DNA of 64,000 bases, from assembly GCA_002269645.1 (NCBI GenBank), contig NIVC01001960.1, positions 62,001-126,000 on the forward strand, in the 5' to 3' direction. The notes below the pieces were generated by a model that was not told the origin of the DNA, did no database searches, and saw only the letters and a list, made by a program, of their open reading frames with translations. The translations under genes and the position numbers were made by a program. Within the stretch, counting starts at the first letter, position 1. Each line of letters starts with the position of its first letter. Positions 63,708 to 64,000 of the stretch are shown piece after piece. The DNA is from Macrostomum lignano (Eukaryota).

Positions 63708-64000
63708 TGGCGTACACTGGCGTACACTGGCGTACACGCGTACACTGGCGTACACTGGCGTACACTGGCGTACACTGGCGTACACTGGCGTACACTGGCG
63801 TACACTGGCGTACACTGGCGTACACTGGCGTACACTGGCGTACACTGGCGTAAACTGGCGTACACTGGCGTACACTGGCGTACACTGGCGTACACTGGCG
63901 TACACTGGCGTACACTGGCGTACACTGGCGTACACTGGCGTACACTGGCGTACACTGGCGTACACTGGCGTACACTGGCGTACACTGGCGTACACTGGCG
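63708..64000. repeat. 10-bp tandem repeat running off the window end
   Basis: (tggcgtacac)n. Confidence 0.98.

Overview
This is metazoan genomic DNA with spliced genes, GC-rich exons and a private minisatellite in most introns. The style resembles a lophotrochozoan such as a free-living flatworm (inference only). I assembled exons by hand from GT-AG sites and phase continuity. From left to right: (1) a 3-exon rhodopsin-class peptide-type GPCR (minus, 7470-15790, about 400 aa) with degenerate signalling motifs; (2) an 8.4-kb satellite of 32/34-bp units; (3) a candidate amidated neuropeptide precursor (minus, 27143-27598) upstream of the receptor on the same strand; (4) a 7-exon CDC14 phosphatase (plus, 32294-43040); (5) a 9-exon tensin-like SH2-PTB gene with no visible PTEN/C2 region (plus, 48531-55496); (6) two tandem CUB-transmembrane paralogues (minus). 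Intergenic and intronic DNA holds tRNA-derived SINEs, hAT-type MITEs with target-site duplications, foldback-like elements, and mariner, P-like and retrotransposon ORF1-like remnants. The best lead is the neuropeptide precursor next to a peptide GPCR, including a phase-compatible splice route that could fuse them. There are no CRISPR arrays, rRNA genes or true tRNA genes. Most long ORFs in the track are repeat artefacts.
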